Below, one piece after another: positions 36,306-46,820 of a stretch of DNA of 51,408 nt. How positions within the stretch are numbered: the first letter of the stretch is position 1; every line of letters starts with the position of its first letter. The stretch is from a virus. Its lineage: Duplodnaviria > Caudoviricetes. The stretch is taken from positions 1 to 51,408 of the IMG/VR virus record IMGVR_UViG_3300042923_000961; one strand, written 5' to 3'. The position numbers and the translations under genes were made by a program. The notes beneath the pieces were generated by a model that saw only the letters and a list, made by a program, of their open reading frames with translations, searched no databases and had not been told where the DNA came from.

Positions 36306-36912
36306 TTTCTAATCCTCCATCAATTCTGAATCCAACGATTGCACGTTCCAAATGTTTTCGATTGGCCAAACGTTTCTTAGCAGTCGGCGTTGTCAGCCAT
36401 GAAATGTAGTCTGGTCGGCAATTCAACTTATCTGCACATTCAACTGCTGTTCCTGTACAAATCAGCCTGTCGCCTTTGTAAATGGCATATCTCGTCGCCT
36501 TTATCTTTTTCAATTTTTCTTTTACTTCCTTGATTCGTTTCGCGCCAACGAACAGATGGTTCTTGATGTAATTAATGCCCTTGCCCCGGTCGAGCGCCAT
36601 GGCAATCTCCACATCGCTTGCTTTAGATTTTCTCCCATTAGATGCCACGCGCTCACTATTAAACTGCCTTTTGAGATAATTCAACCATTCTTCAAGTTGT
36701 TTGATTTTCTCAGTTTCCTTAGTTTCACCCATTGTCGAATCAATCGACTTGCCTAATTCCCGGAGTTGTAGATCGATCAACTTCAATTGTTCAAAATCTT
36801 CTTTCCCCATTCGGTCTTTCGATCTAATTACTGCACTTTCATCGAGTAGCTTGCCGATCTGCACCAACTGCTTATGATATTTTGATGGCATGATCAATCC
36901 CTCCATTTCCAT
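36295..36912 (-). CDS. Putative DNA-binding phage protein
   Basis: YAIYKGD..I..GT..ECA..L C-terminal HTH-like motif. Confidence 0.6.
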   Translation of the reverse strand: MEMEGLIMPSKYHKQLVQIGKLLDESAVIRSKDRMGKEDFEQLKLIDLQLRELGKSIDSTMGETKETEKIKQLEEWLNYLKRQFNSERVASNGRKSKASDVEIAMALDRGKGINYIKNHLFVGAKRIKEVKEKLKKIKATRYAIYKGDRLICTGTAVECADKLNCRPDYISWLTTPTAKKRLANRKHLERAIVGFRIDGGLENAE

Positions 36913-37073
36913 TCGCCTTTTTTCTTTGCAATCAATAGTGTCTGATGCGTATACGGCAAGCTTTCTTTCACCTGTTCGTCATTCAATCCAGGCTCAAAGA
37001 TTGTGATCACAGGGTACATTTTGCGTTCAGAATCTATCCGCCTGTGTATGGTCACTCGCCGCTTCATCAGGCG

Positions 37074-37616
37074 TCACTTCCTTTTGCGTTTCTTGAGCTT
37101 GTCCAATGTTGTCCACCCGAGATCTTTGTCATAGGTTACTAGGCTTAATGGCCAAGGATAGCGGTTCATAAACAGTTTTTTCTTCATCCGGAATACTGCC
37201 GTTTCGATACCTTTCACGTCGATGATTTCGATTGTTCCATCATTTCGGTATACCTTGAAGTCCGCAACATATTCAATGCGGCTATATTTTTCGCCATAAG
37301 GCGTGATCCCGGCTTCCTGGAGCATAAATCTTGGCTGTCGCTCAAATCGCTTGATCTCACCCGCCTTCTTCAACCATTTCAGCTGCACGTAATAACGGGA
37401 TCCAATCTCTGAATCAAACCGGATTCCGTCAACAATCGTCTTTTTGGCATTGAATTTCTGTTTCTTTGTCTGCTTTTTTAGCATTTCCTGATACTCGTCA
37501 GAGGTCATTGTTTCAGTGAGATTCACGCCGCTTCGCCTTCTTTCTTCGCTTTCCCTTAGGCTTGTTTTCTTTCTCGCAATCCTCACACTTTCGCGGATAT
37601 CCAGTTTCTTCGCCAT
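37074..37616 (-). CDS. DUF1064-family PD-(D/E)xK nuclease
   Basis: DGIRFDS, YVADF, IIDVKG. Confidence 0.85.
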   Translation of the reverse strand: MAKKLDIRESVRIARKKTSLRESEERRRSGVNLTETMTSDEYQEMLKKQTKKQKFNAKKTIVDGIRFDSEIGSRYYVQLKWLKKAGEIKRFERQPRFMLQEAGITPYGEKYSRIEYVADFKVYRNDGTIEIIDVKGIETAVFRMKKKLFMNRYPWPLSLVTYDKDLGWTTLDKLKKRKRK

Positions 37617-37695
37617 CGATCAAGCTGCCGCATTGCTCACAATAAAAACCGCTCAGCATCAGTTCTGCAATTTCACCCATGCTGTTCCTCCTCAC
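37513..37695 (-). CDS. Small Zn-finger phage protein
   Basis: MGEIAELMLSG..CEQCG...GYPRKCEDC. Confidence 0.6.
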   Translation of the reverse strand: MRRNSMGEIAELMLSGFYCEQCGSLIDGEETGYPRKCEDCEKENKPKGKRRKKAKRRESH

Positions 37696-37961
37696 ACCAA
37701 GCTGAACACGACGAATCCTGGCTTTTGTTCATAATCCGTTACATATCCGACCTGTTTTGTGATCTCATAGCCTGTATATTTTCCTTCTGTCCATTCCTTC
37801 AGCACCAAAGTGTCACCTTCGCGGTAGTGCCGATCGTCAAATCTAATCTCAAACGTCTTTCTTCCCTCAGCAACCGCCTTGAAGTACTCAGGAAGGATCT
37901 TAATCTTGTGGACGACCATCGCGCCACGCCTCCCTTTTCCAATCTGCTCGTCCGCCGACAA
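37692..37961 (-). CDS. ASCH/PUA (DUF3850-like) protein
   Basis: HKIKILPEYF.AV..G.KTFEIR..DR.Y..GD.L.L.EW. Confidence 0.85.
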   Translation of the reverse strand: MSADEQIGKGRRGAMVVHKIKILPEYFKAVAEGRKTFEIRFDDRHYREGDTLVLKEWTEGKYTGYEITKQVGYVTDYEQKPGFVVFSLV

Positions 37962-38188
37962 GCGCGCAAGTGATTGCAGCTATTCCGAAGGGCAACAGAA
38001 TCACTGACGCTGCCATTGCCGCGATCACGATACCTCACCTGGTCCGATCAAGGTAAGGGCAAGTACAAATATTGCTGTGAATGTAAGTGCCGGAAAAGCG
38101 AGACTATTGTGCTTGCGTCGACTACCGTAAACGCCGATGCCGGCAAGGATGATTAATACAATGCGTATTGCTAACATAGGTGCACCTC

Positions 38189-39037
38189 CTAGATACTGTT
38201 TAAGAATTCTTCAAGCTCTTTAGCGCGCCGCTTGACCTCTTCCGGATCTTCCGGTGGTTTGTCTTGTTCCTGCTTGTTCATCCACTCAGGTTCAACTTCA
38301 TGACGCTGTGGATTAGACGCCCGCTGGGTTTGCTGTCGTTGTGCTTGAAATTGTTTCTGCTCTTGCTCCACATCAGCCAAGGTTTTAATGCCCTTAGTTG
38401 CCCAATTGTTTAAGATCCCTACAGCATATCCATAAGACTTTCCAAACTCTGCCGACATACGGAACGCTTTGCAGATTACGGCATCTTCTAAACCGTCTTG
38501 TTCTAGGTAGACGGTGATGTTCTGGCATTGCATGGCATTGGGTTGTTTCCCAAAGCACTGAAAATATTCATCAAACCAGTGCTGACGACTAACTGCAGTT
38601 TTTTGTTTCGTTTCGTTTTGTTTAGTTTCACTAACAACTAATGCGGAAGCATTGTCGGAAGGTTTGTCGGAAAGGTTGTCGGAAGCATTGCCGGAAAGAT
38701 TGTCGGCATCTGTTGCCGACAGCAATGATTTCTCGGAAACTTTGTAGGCAATCATTGCCGACAAATCATATAATTGATAGACTGCTGACTTACTTCCCTT
38801 CCTTGACCTAAAGTCGATGAATCCCTTCATTTTTAAATCGTTTCGTGCGTTCGTTATCGTTCTTTCGGAAAGGCCCGTCTTAATGCATAACACCGATACA
38901 GCCACCGCAAATTCTCTAAGCCATCCAGCCTTATTGTTTACGTTCGCCAGTGCGTGCCATAAAGCAATTGCTGATGTACTAAGCTGACTTGTTTCGAGCC
39001 GATCATAGAATGCATTAATTAACCGAATGTAGTTCAA
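38189..39037 (-). CDS. Replication initiator with DnaD domain
   Basis: MNYIRLINAFYD wHTH; Y..GIL.NW...GIKTL.DV. Confidence 0.88.
   Translation of the reverse strand: MNYIRLINAFYDRLETSQLSTSAIALWHALANVNNKAGWLREFAVAVSVLCIKTGLSERTITNARNDLKMKGFIDFRSRKGSKSAVYQLYDLSAMIAYKVSEKSLLSATDADNLSGNASDNLSDKPSDNASALVVSETKQNETKQKTAVSRQHWFDEYFQCFGKQPNAMQCQNITVYLEQDGLEDAVICKAFRMSAEFGKSYGYAVGILNNWATKGIKTLADVEQEQKQFQAQRQQTQRASNPQRHEVEPEWMNKQEQDKPPEDPEEVKRRAKELEEFLNSI
38597..38765. repeat. Iterons / putative phage origin inside the initiator gene
   Basis: TTGYCGGMA at 38652, 38664, 38676, 38688, 38700 (12-bp period) plus degenerate copies, next to a T-rich tract. Confidence 0.8.
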
Positions 39038-39065
39038 GGCCTCACCTCCTCATCTAGCACTTGCA

Positions 39066-39542
39066 TTAAAACGGCAGATCGTCCTCTGCGATATTAATAG
39101 GCTTGCTGTCATTTGCGAACGGATCCTCAAAGCTTGGGGCGCCCTGAGCTTGGCTTGTACCGGTGCTACTGCTCCCGCTACTATAATTGCCTTGACTGGT
39201 TGATTGACCGCTAGAATGCGTCCCTTTCGGCTCTAAAAACTGCACACTATCAGCAATAACTTCTGTCACATACACACGCTTGCCTTCGTTGTTCTCATAA
39301 CTGCGCGTCTGAATTCGCCCTTCCACACCAGCCAGACTTCCCTTGCTCAGGAAGTTAGCTGCGTTCTCAGCCTGACGACGCCAGACGACAACGGGAATAA
39401 AGTCTGCTTCTCGCTCGTCCTGTTGGTTCTTAAATGGCCTATTCACCGCGATCGTAAAGCTAGTGAAGGCAACACCGTTCGGGGTGTATCTTAAATCCGG
39501 ATCTTTCGTCAGCCTTCCGACCAAAACCACTCGATTGATCAT
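39066..39542 (-). CDS. ssb: Single-stranded DNA-binding protein
   Basis: [15 protein letters not shown]...DDLPF. Confidence 0.97.
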   Translation of the reverse strand: MINRVVLVGRLTKDPDLRYTPNGVAFTSFTIAVNRPFKNQQDEREADFIPVVVWRRQAENAANFLSKGSLAGVEGRIQTRSYENNEGKRVYVTEVIADSVQFLEPKGTHSSGQSTSQGNYSSGSSSTGTSQAQGAPSFEDPFANDSKPINIAEDDLPF

Positions 39543-39555
39543 GCATGTTCTCCTC

Positions 39556-40257
39556 TCATGCGATATAAACTGGTTTACCGGTTAACTCCATGATTTCTTT
39601 CTTAAACTGCTCTGCATTGCTGTTGTTGTCACTTAGATGCAAAAGCCATATCTCTTGCACCACTGATAGATCATTTGCGTGTAGAAACTCTTTGACGTGT
39701 TCTAAGCTAAAGTGTGATCGGAGCAATCGTCGCTTCATCACTCCTGGTACTCGTCCTGCTTTGATATTCTCATTTAAAATTTCTAAGCTGTAATTCGCTT
39801 CCACCATGATGTGCGTTAAACTTTGAAACTTGTATTTGATGTAATAGGTATCAGTGGCAAATAGTAGCTTCTCACCGATTTGATTGGTTATTAGATAGCC
39901 CAGAGGCTCGCTCACATCGTGCTCCACGTCAAAAGGTAAGATTGTCCACGTTCCTAACTGAAATTGCTCACGCGCCCGAATGCGCTTTATGTGATGCCCG
40001 CTGAGCCGTAGCGCTTGAAAAGTTCCTTCGCTCGCATAAAGATCAACCGCTCCTTTCATCACATCTTTTGCTGACTTACTATGATCGCCGTGCTCGTGTG
40101 TGATTAAGCAACCGGCAACATCGCTCATATGAAAATCAAAACCTTTTTGAATCTCTCGATAGGGTATGCCGCACTCTAGAAGTAATAGGGTTTGTCCATC
40201 CGTAATTCGATAGGCATTCCCCTTGCTTCCAGACGCTAGGGCTTCTATGTCGATCAT
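39556..40257 (-). CDS. MBL-fold metallo-hydrolase (probable exonuclease)
   Basis: ASGSKGN, THEHGDH, LLHLSD. Confidence 0.9.
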   Translation of the reverse strand: MIDIEALASGSKGNAYRITDGQTLLLLECGIPYREIQKGFDFHMSDVAGCLITHEHGDHSKSAKDVMKGAVDLYASEGTFQALRLSGHHIKRIRAREQFQLGTWTILPFDVEHDVSEPLGYLITNQIGEKLLFATDTYYIKYKFQSLTHIMVEANYSLEILNENIKAGRVPGVMKRRLLRSHFSLEHVKEFLHANDLSVVQEIWLLHLSDNNSNAEQFKKEIMELTGKPVYIA

Positions 40258-41177
40258 CAGTATCCAGGTCCAGCAGCTGCAGCTTCGAAATCGTCAACAG
40301 GATTGCTCTGTGATTCTTGCTTTTGTTCATCAGTAGGCTTATCTTGCTGTGTCTTTTCGTTTTTCTGTGGTGTCATATCAACATCGATAACCTCACCGTT
40401 TGCATGCTCCTGTATTTCTGCTTCTGCCTCAGCTTCAGCGATACGATCGTCGGAACCATTGAAGTGAGTAAGAACAAGGCTACTGTCATCTGATGCATTC
40501 ATGAATCGTTTGCATGCACGGTTGATGACCGTTTTCTTTGCCATTTCCTGCCGATACTGCTCGTGAGTGCTGCCTTCTTTTTCTTCGGTTTGCCCCTTTC
40601 CCCACATCTGAGATTTGCTCCATGCTTTGCGGATTTCGTCGATCGTCATCAGTTCCGTAAAAGCTTCATCACCGGGCATTACAATGACGCAATAAGCACC
40701 GATGATCTTATCTTTGTTGATGTTCCCAAATTGTTGCTTGTGTTTGAGATTAACAATCTTGCCGTTTTCCATCTCGTAAGTGACCTCGTCGCCCTCATAA
40801 ATCACGTTGGCATTGATCTCTTTAGCCTCGGTTACTCGCTTCGTGACGGCCATCGTTCCGAAATATGAACGTTGGAAGGTTAATTGATTTCCATAGGCAA
40901 TAAAATATCCTTGCTTCTTTTCTGGATTGAGCCCTTGAACAACCATATCCAGAAGGCTGTTCGCTATGCTGTCTCTTGAGCAAGCTTCAAGTACTGGCTT
41001 TTCCCCATAACTTTTACTTGTCTTGGTAGTTTGGAGGATTAGCCACGCGCTTTTCATGGCGTTCTCAGGAGAATAATGAGGAGGAAACATTAATTCCCCA
41101 CGCTCCTGAAATTCACGGACTTTGTTTGCAACAATATCGACAGTATCTTTTTTGACGATTGCTAATTCGTTACTCAT
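40257..41177 (-). CDS. recT: RecT-family recombinase
   Basis: QGLNP.K.QGYFI.YG, QRSYFG, EMAKKTVI. Confidence 0.9.
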   Translation of the reverse strand: MSNELAIVKKDTVDIVANKVREFQERGELMFPPHYSPENAMKSAWLILQTTKTSKSYGEKPVLEACSRDSIANSLLDMVVQGLNPEKKQGYFIAYGNQLTFQRSYFGTMAVTKRVTEAKEINANVIYEGDEVTYEMENGKIVNLKHKQQFGNINKDKIIGAYCVIVMPGDEAFTELMTIDEIRKAWSKSQMWGKGQTEEKEGSTHEQYRQEMAKKTVINRACKRFMNASDDSSLVLTHFNGSDDRIAEAEAEAEIQEHANGEVIDVDMTPQKNEKTQQDKPTDEQKQESQSNPVDDFEAAAAGPGY

Positions 41178-41359
41178 TGATTTACCTCCTCATATTCTTT
41201 GACGATGACATGCCGTTCGTCTGTTTTTTTATGAACATCAACTCTTCCAGAATGAGTAGGCATTCTATCAAAATACATTTTTGCTTCATCTGCACTGTTA
41301 GCTTCAACGAGTGCTTCTCTGACAATTTCCTGAGTTTCATGTACTGTATAAAGCCCCAT
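41174..41359 (-). CDS. Hypothetical phage protein
   Basis: Translationally coupled on both sides. Confidence 0.55.
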   Translation of the reverse strand: MGLYTVHETQEIVREALVEANSADEAKMYFDRMPTHSGRVDVHKKTDERHVIVKEYEEVNQ

Positions 41360-43356
41360 CAGATTACCTCCTGTAATGGCTCTTTGGTTTTTTCAATTCT
41401 CAATTTCTGATCCTTCTCACTCACAATCAAACTGATCACTTGAGCATCGATATCGATCATCTTGGTGATAGATTCGCGGTTATCGACAAATATTGGTGCT
41501 GATAAACCGTAGAAATTACTCAATGTATTGATGATATCGAGCCCCACTTTGATCCTAGATGCGTTATTCATCGAGTTGTACGGAACGCCTTTATAGGTTG
41601 TCTCGCATACTTCCTGCAGCCCGCCGTTGATCTGTTCCGCAAACAGCTTAAAACGTGCAATCTTGAATTTGCTGTTGATGCGCTCCTCTAGGAGATTGAC
41701 CTTCAACCGGATGAATTCATCCGTCAAGTTCAATTCCTTCTCAGATTGCTCAAACTCTTTGGCTAACCGCTTTTCTTCTGCCTCTAGATCAGCAATTCGC
41801 TTGTCAATCCGGCGTACCTGATCGAACTTGAGTAGCGCTGTTTCTGCGGTTGCCAACTCGCCTTTCAACTCGCGCTTCTTTTCGTTCTCCGTCATAACCG
41901 CATCGTCCGTGGATGCCTGCAGATCTTTTATTTCTAGTTCAATCGCTTTGATCTGATTTTGTGTTGTTTGGAAATCCGGATCATCCATGATGCTCCTAAC
42001 TCCGCCATTCAGGTCGTCGATTTCTTTCTGAAAAGCGTCGAGATCTGGTTGAACTGCTTTGGCACGAGCGGCAGCTTTTTCTGCCTCGGATGCAAGCTTG
42101 TCTTCCTCTGCCTTCAAATCGTCTAATTGTTGTTTAACCGCTAACCCTTGACGCTTGTTCTCTTCAAGATCCTGTGCCTTACGGAGATTAAAATGCTTTT
42201 CCGCATGTTCTTTCGCGGCATCAATTTTATCTGCCGGCAAATCTTGTCCGCACATTGAGCAGATTGTTTCGCCAGTAAATTCGAACGTCCGATCGTCTAA
42301 CATGAACCAATCACGTCGTAGATCCTCAAGCTGCAGCGAAAGTTTCTGCATTTTTCGTTTATTCGATGCAATCTGCTCTTCAATATCTTTCGAACGTCTC
42401 AAATCCTTATCAGAATGGGTTTTAAGGTCATAATATTGATCGCGTTTCGCCGCGATCGTTTTATGCACATCCGCTTGGAAGTTGTTACGCATTTCAAGCT
42501 GCAAACCTTCGATCTTGCGGATCTCGTTCCGCTTAGCGTCAATTTCTCCACCTGAACGGATCGCACTGATCTTGTCGTCAACCTGGTTTATTTGCTCCTG
42601 CAAGTCAGCTGCTTTATTCTTCAGATCCGTTTCACTCTGCCCGCCCAGTTCCGGCTTTGTTCTTGTAGCTTCATCAATTCGGATCGGAATACGATCAAGT
42701 TCTTGATTGATCTCTTTCCGTTTAGCTGCAAGAATCTTTCGATAGTCCTCAATGCTATGATCGCCGAGAATCTCAGGAAGCTCTTTTAAATGAATGTCGC
42801 AAGCAATCACATCTTCGTCCGTGAAATCACCACACACATTCAACAAAACTTTCCGTCGCTGTTTCCAATTCAGCTGTTCGTTAAAATACGTTGGCGAAGT
42901 AATCAATTTAAAAAGATTCTCTTTGCCATTCACAAGCTCTGAAACTGTATCGTCATACTCCTTCTTTTTAGAAGGAACTCCGTTTATGAAGTAATCAGTT
43001 GTGTTTCCACTGAACTCTTCCGTGGCGCTCCCGCGTTTCTTCGTGTATTTTTCGTAGTAGACCTTTTTTAACTCAAGAGGACGTTCATCAACCACCAAAG
43101 AGACAGTGACGATATGATCTACATGATGCTCAACAGTTCCTTTTTCATCTAATATTTTTTTAATCTCAAAATCTTTTTTGTCCAGACTGTCTTTATCAAA
43201 TAAGACCCAATTGAATGCATCGAATAATGTGGTTTTTCCGGTTTCGTTGTCACCGAATATTTCCACATTTGCACCATTTGGTTCAAACGTGAATGATCGA
43301 ATGCCTTTGAAATTACTCAACTCAAGCTTTTTCAAAGTGATCTGTTTCATTTCCAC
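41359..43356 (-). CDS. SMC/Rad50-like ATPase
   Basis: NFKGI, GDNETGKTT Walker A, CSMC zinc hook, IFVDNRES Walker B. Confidence 0.9.
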   Translation of the reverse strand: MEMKQITLKKLELSNFKGIRSFTFEPNGANVEIFGDNETGKTTLFDAFNWVLFDKDSLDKKDFEIKKILDEKGTVEHHVDHIVTVSLVVDERPLELKKVYYEKYTKKRGSATEEFSGNTTDYFINGVPSKKKEYDDTVSELVNGKENLFKLITSPTYFNEQLNWKQRRKVLLNVCGDFTDEDVIACDIHLKELPEILGDHSIEDYRKILAAKRKEINQELDRIPIRIDEATRTKPELGGQSETDLKNKAADLQEQINQVDDKISAIRSGGEIDAKRNEIRKIEGLQLEMRNNFQADVHKTIAAKRDQYYDLKTHSDKDLRRSKDIEEQIASNKRKMQKLSLQLEDLRRDWFMLDDRTFEFTGETICSMCGQDLPADKIDAAKEHAEKHFNLRKAQDLEENKRQGLAVKQQLDDLKAEEDKLASEAEKAAARAKAVQPDLDAFQKEIDDLNGGVRSIMDDPDFQTTQNQIKAIELEIKDLQASTDDAVMTENEKKRELKGELATAETALLKFDQVRRIDKRIADLEAEEKRLAKEFEQSEKELNLTDEFIRLKVNLLEERINSKFKIARFKLFAEQINGGLQEVCETTYKGVPYNSMNNASRIKVGLDIINTLSNFYGLSAPIFVDNRESITKMIDIDAQVISLIVSEKDQKLRIEKTKEPLQEVI

Positions 43357-43422
43357 ACCTCCATTTGATTTTTCCGATCATCCCCTGATAAAATAGAGGG
43401 GATGAATATCAACATAATCGAC

Positions 43423-43626
43423 TTACTGAAGGACGCCCTGCCCGGCGTTCTTTTTGTATTCCTTGCGAAGTTCATTAAACTGGTGTAACTGGTCCGCCGT
43501 ATCGAACCGAAATGCCGGTGGCTTCAATAGATCATCAGGAAGATGTATTCTTCCGCCTGCTTCAGACAATGCCTGCAGTGTTGGCTTATCAAAGGTCTGT
43601 TCCGTACACATAACGTCGATGCTCAT
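43423..43626 (-). CDS. Hypothetical phage protein
   Basis: GAGGAA RBS; overlaps the upstream stop. Confidence 0.55.
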   Translation of the reverse strand: MSIDVMCTEQTFDKPTLQALSEAGGRIHLPDDLLKPPAFRFDTADQLHQFNELRKEYKKNAGQGVLQ

Positions 43627-43853
43627 TCGTTTTCCTCCTCTCTTTTAACCATCAGAAGATCTCCAGGTTGACAATTGAATTTCAAACACAAGTTAAGCAG
43701 CGTACGATACTGAATTCCTTGCGATTTTTCGTAATAAAGGTCAGTGAGTGTAGTCCTAGATATCCCCGTTTCTTTGCTCAATTCAGAGATTTTAGTTGGC
43801 TTTTTAGCCATTAACACTCGTAAACCTTCAGATGAAATGAAGTAGCCATTCAA
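43623..43853 (-). CDS. Cro/C1-type HTH protein
   Basis: ELSKETGISRTTL...LC...CQPGDLL. Confidence 0.85.
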   Translation of the reverse strand: MNGYFISSEGLRVLMAKKPTKISELSKETGISRTTLTDLYYEKSQGIQYRTLLNLCLKFNCQPGDLLMVKREEENE

Positions 43854-43871
43854 TTAATTGCTCACTCCCTC

Positions 43872-44096
43872 TCAAATTTTGATTCCTCTTTCTTTAAGTG
43901 CATCGATCCAAAACTGCTTAACTTCATCGGTACAATGCGCCATAGCGTCTTCCCATGTCGGCCATCGCCCATTTTGGCTATAAAACCAATACTGCCAATA
44001 AAGGCTTTGCTGGTTATGTGGTTGCTTTGGATCATGGTCAACGGCGCATTTCTGACAGACATTAGGATCCGGTGGAAGTAACATCACGTTTCTCAC
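43872..44096 (-). CDS. Hypothetical phage protein
   Basis: CQKCAVDH.P..PHN..SLY.QY.F....GRWPTW.DAMAHC. Confidence 0.65.
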   Translation of the reverse strand: MRNVMLLPPDPNVCQKCAVDHDPKQPHNQQSLYWQYWFYSQNGRWPTWEDAMAHCTDEVKQFWIDALKERGIKI

Positions 44097-44539
44097 CCCT
44101 TTTCAAGATTCCCAGTAGTATTCAGCAGCTTCTTCAGGCGTTTTGTATCTGAACTGATGCGTCATTTCGAGAATCAGCTTCGTTATGTCGATTTCGTCAT
44201 AGCCAAGATTTCGCATCGCGGCCATCGTATATCCCATGCAAGATTCCTTGCTCCAATTGCTTGCACCCTCAGGCATTCACCTGTGCTCCTCTCTTCAAGA
44301 TCACTTTCATTTCGGCTAGTTCAGCGGTTGCCCAACGACCAACGCCAACATATCCGTTTCGATCACAAACCTCTTTGATGTGTTCAAGTTCCGCAATCCG
44401 TTCCTTAACCTCGTTCAACTTGTCTTCACCTCATTTTCTTTTTTTAGCTGTTCATAGGTTTCAACAAATCGCTCAAAGCGTTCCGGGGACAACCTTTTTT
44501 TCATCGTTTCCATGAGCTTGGACATTTTCTGACTCTCGG

Positions 44540-45154
44540 TCATCCATAAACCCTCGCTTTCTCAATTCCGATCAACTTGTCCACTGTACTTACTGCAACT
44601 TGATCACCCATTGCCTCACTCATCCATGCATTTTGTATTTCTGCCCACGGAACTTTCCAATTTATTTCAATTGATATCAGCACACACTCAGATGCTTGAT
44701 GAGTATCATCTATTTGCCCTGCGCACTCTTTAATTTCGTTGATTAATCTCTCACTCAACTTTTTTCCAGGGCGCATATCCTTGCTTATCTCAAGAAGTCT
44801 CTGCGCTGATTTGATGCCTTTCTGAGCTTGATCAATGTAATTGACAAACTGCTGTTCAAGTTTTTGGATTAGCCGTGGATCGGTAGGTATTCGAGATACT
44901 CCGAATATGTGCAGTACCGCCTGTCTTGCTAATCGGTCACCGCACGCTTCGCACCAAGCTATGGCCTCATCCAAGCTGATAGTGCTTGTCCCATCTTCAA
45001 TACTCGCAATTCGTGTTCGCTGCGTTCCAATAGCCTCTGCAAGCCCAGTTTTCGTTCGCATGTTCTCCTTGACAGAATATTCTCTGGCCGCTCTCAGCAC
45101 GTCTCGTAAAGAAGATGGCCGATATACTAGAGCAGGCCGTTCCATGTTCGCCAC
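44540..45154 (-). CDS. XRE-HTH regulator with helical C-terminal domain
   Basis: LAEAIG.QRTRIASIEDG; GGAGG RBS. Confidence 0.7.
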   Translation of the reverse strand: MANMERPALVYRPSSLRDVLRAAREYSVKENMRTKTGLAEAIGTQRTRIASIEDGTSTISLDEAIAWCEACGDRLARQAVLHIFGVSRIPTDPRLIQKLEQQFVNYIDQAQKGIKSAQRLLEISKDMRPGKKLSERLINEIKECAGQIDDTHQASECVLISIEINWKVPWAEIQNAWMSEAMGDQVAVSTVDKLIGIEKARVYG

Positions 45155-45214
45155 TTCGTTCGCCTCCGTATGAAAATAGGATTGGAATAATATAGAAATA
45201 TGGATTACTAGATT

Positions 45215-45526
45215 TCAAATGCGCCGGACCATGATTTGCCGAACACGCTCAGTGTTCTCTTCCATAAACTTGAACACCGCGTCCCTCGGAAATCGGCTTT
45301 TAATCAGCGTGCTCCGTGGAAAACCAGGAAGGCTTGTGATCCGATCAACCGTTGGAAGGCTTACTTGAAGCTGTTCAGCAATATGCTTCCTAGTCAGCAT
45401 CATTGGCAAATCGTACTTATCGCGACCTTCTCGAACGCCTTGCTCATAAGCCTTACGACAAAGCGTTTGAATGTACTCGATCATGTCATCATTGAAATCG
45501 TCTGGCGTGAGTGCTACACGAGCCAC
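45215..45526 (-). CDS. Excisionase/AlpA-like HTH protein
   Basis: LTRKHIAEQLQVSLPTVDRI...PGFP...RFPRDAV. Confidence 0.65.
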   Translation of the reverse strand: MARVALTPDDFNDDMIEYIQTLCRKAYEQGVREGRDKYDLPMMLTRKHIAEQLQVSLPTVDRITSLPGFPRSTLIKSRFPRDAVFKFMEENTERVRQIMVRRI

Positions 45527-45746
45527 GCGATCGCCTCCTTTCAGTTTTGCTTGAGTGTGGCAATAGCTTGAATGACTTCTTTGACTTCTTCACAGAAGCC
45601 GCTTTGCTCTATGATCACGTTGGCTTGTTCTGCTAGATTCGCAATCAGCTCCTTTTCAGAATCTGTCATTTTTGATCCGCCTCCTTTCTTCCTCTGCTAG
45701 AATGGAAATGTCTGGGGAGACAAAATTCATTAAGCGAGGTAATGAA

Positions 45747-45953
45747 ATGTACAATGAAATTGCTATGAAAAAGCTTGTCTCAAAAATCGAAAACATTAGT
45801 TCTTATCCGTTTGTAATTAATCTCAGTGAGATCAATTACGAACCTATTGAAGACATTGTGAACTGTTTTAAAACCCTTCTTGACGTCAACAGCATCGACG
45901 GTTACATAGATGATCAGTTACTGGTCATCAACAGGTTGATCATTGAAGATTAA
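45747..45953 (+). CDS. Small acidic moron protein
   Basis: GAGGT RBS before ATG 45747; upstream TGCTAGAAT. Confidence 0.5.
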   Translation: MYNEIAMKKLVSKIENISSYPFVINLSEINYEPIEDIVNCFKTLLDVNSIDGYIDDQLLVINRLIIED

Positions 45954-46040
45954 GAAATTGATTCCTTTTTTTGTTGCCTCTTTTGGTAGAATTAAGATGT
46001 CCTGCCAGACAACTTTTTCCATGAAAAGAGGTGATAAATT

Positions 46041-46235
46041 ATGAAAAAGATTTATGCAAACCTACTCGGTACTTGGACTGACATTACCGAAGAAGGTAAA
46101 CTACACGGTAGAAATCCGCTAGTATATATTGATGAGGAAGTACAAGACATGTTTAAATACGACTACATCAACGTCCTATATAAGGAGAAAAACTACCGGA
46201 TACATCCTTCTTTGATTCAGGTTGTTACTGAATAG
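46041..46235 (+). CDS. 64-aa moron protein
   Basis: GAGGTG RBS; upstream TGGTAGAAT. Confidence 0.65.
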   Translation: MKKIYANLLGTWTDITEEGKLHGRNPLVYIDEEVQDMFKYDYINVLYKEKNYRIHPSLIQVVTE

Positions 46236-46397
46236 CTAGATCTGTTTCAATATTTTTTAGTGCGGTATCGGTTTTTTCAAATTTTGAGGCGTTGATTTGA
46301 GAATGGAACTCTCGATCAACGCTAATTTTTAAACGTTCCCATTCATATAGCTTTATTCCATCAAGTAAGTCTAAAATTTGTTGGAGCTTGTTTTGAT

Positions 46398-46643
46398 TCA
46401 CCTTGCCACCTCCTGTTCTTTGTTATTGTTTGTTTGAGTTTCTTGGACTTTGAGATTCAAAAAAAGATCATTGACATCACACTCAAGAATACTTGCAAGC
46501 TTGAACGCTGTGGTCAGATTTGGATTTGAAATGCCGTTTTCCCAGTTGCTGACCGTTGTTTTTTCACAAGGGATTAATTTTGAAAGTTCTTCTTGCGTCC
46601 AATTCTTGTTTTTTCTTGCTTGGATAAGATGAGTGTTTTTCAT
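46398..46643 (-). CDS. Cro-like XRE regulator
   Basis: HTH WTQEELS...TTVSNWENG; divergent from cI. Confidence 0.88.
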   Translation of the reverse strand: MKNTHLIQARKNKNWTQEELSKLIPCEKTTVSNWENGISNPNLTTAFKLASILECDVNDLFLNLKVQETQTNNNKEQEVAR

Positions 46644-46660
46644 TTTATCGCCTCCTTATT

Positions 46661-46783
46661 ATCCAAGTATCTTGTATTTATGTTTTCAGTATATATCCAA
46701 GTTTCTTGTATGTCAATGATTATGTATGATTATTTTGGACTAAAATCCAATTTACTTGAATATGTAGTACAATAAAATTGTAC
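46661..46783. promoter_or_regulatory. cI/cro operator array
   Basis: 17-bp quasi-palindromes ATCCAAGTATCTTGTAT (46661), ATCCAAGTTTCTTGTAT (46695), ATCCAATTTACTTGAAT (46745), GTACAATAAAATTGTAC (46767). Confidence 0.8.
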
Positions 46784-46820
46784 AAATTAGTAATATGTAT
46801 TTTCCTATTTAAGAAAAGGC

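Noticed and set aside
38640-38720. Regular repeats as a mini CRISPR array
   Set aside because: 12-bp period, no spacers and in-frame within the initiator gene; these are iterons
6188-45571. Numerous + strand ORFs overlapping structural and replication genes
   Set aside because: Antisense shadows of well-supported minus-strand genes, without RBS or motifs
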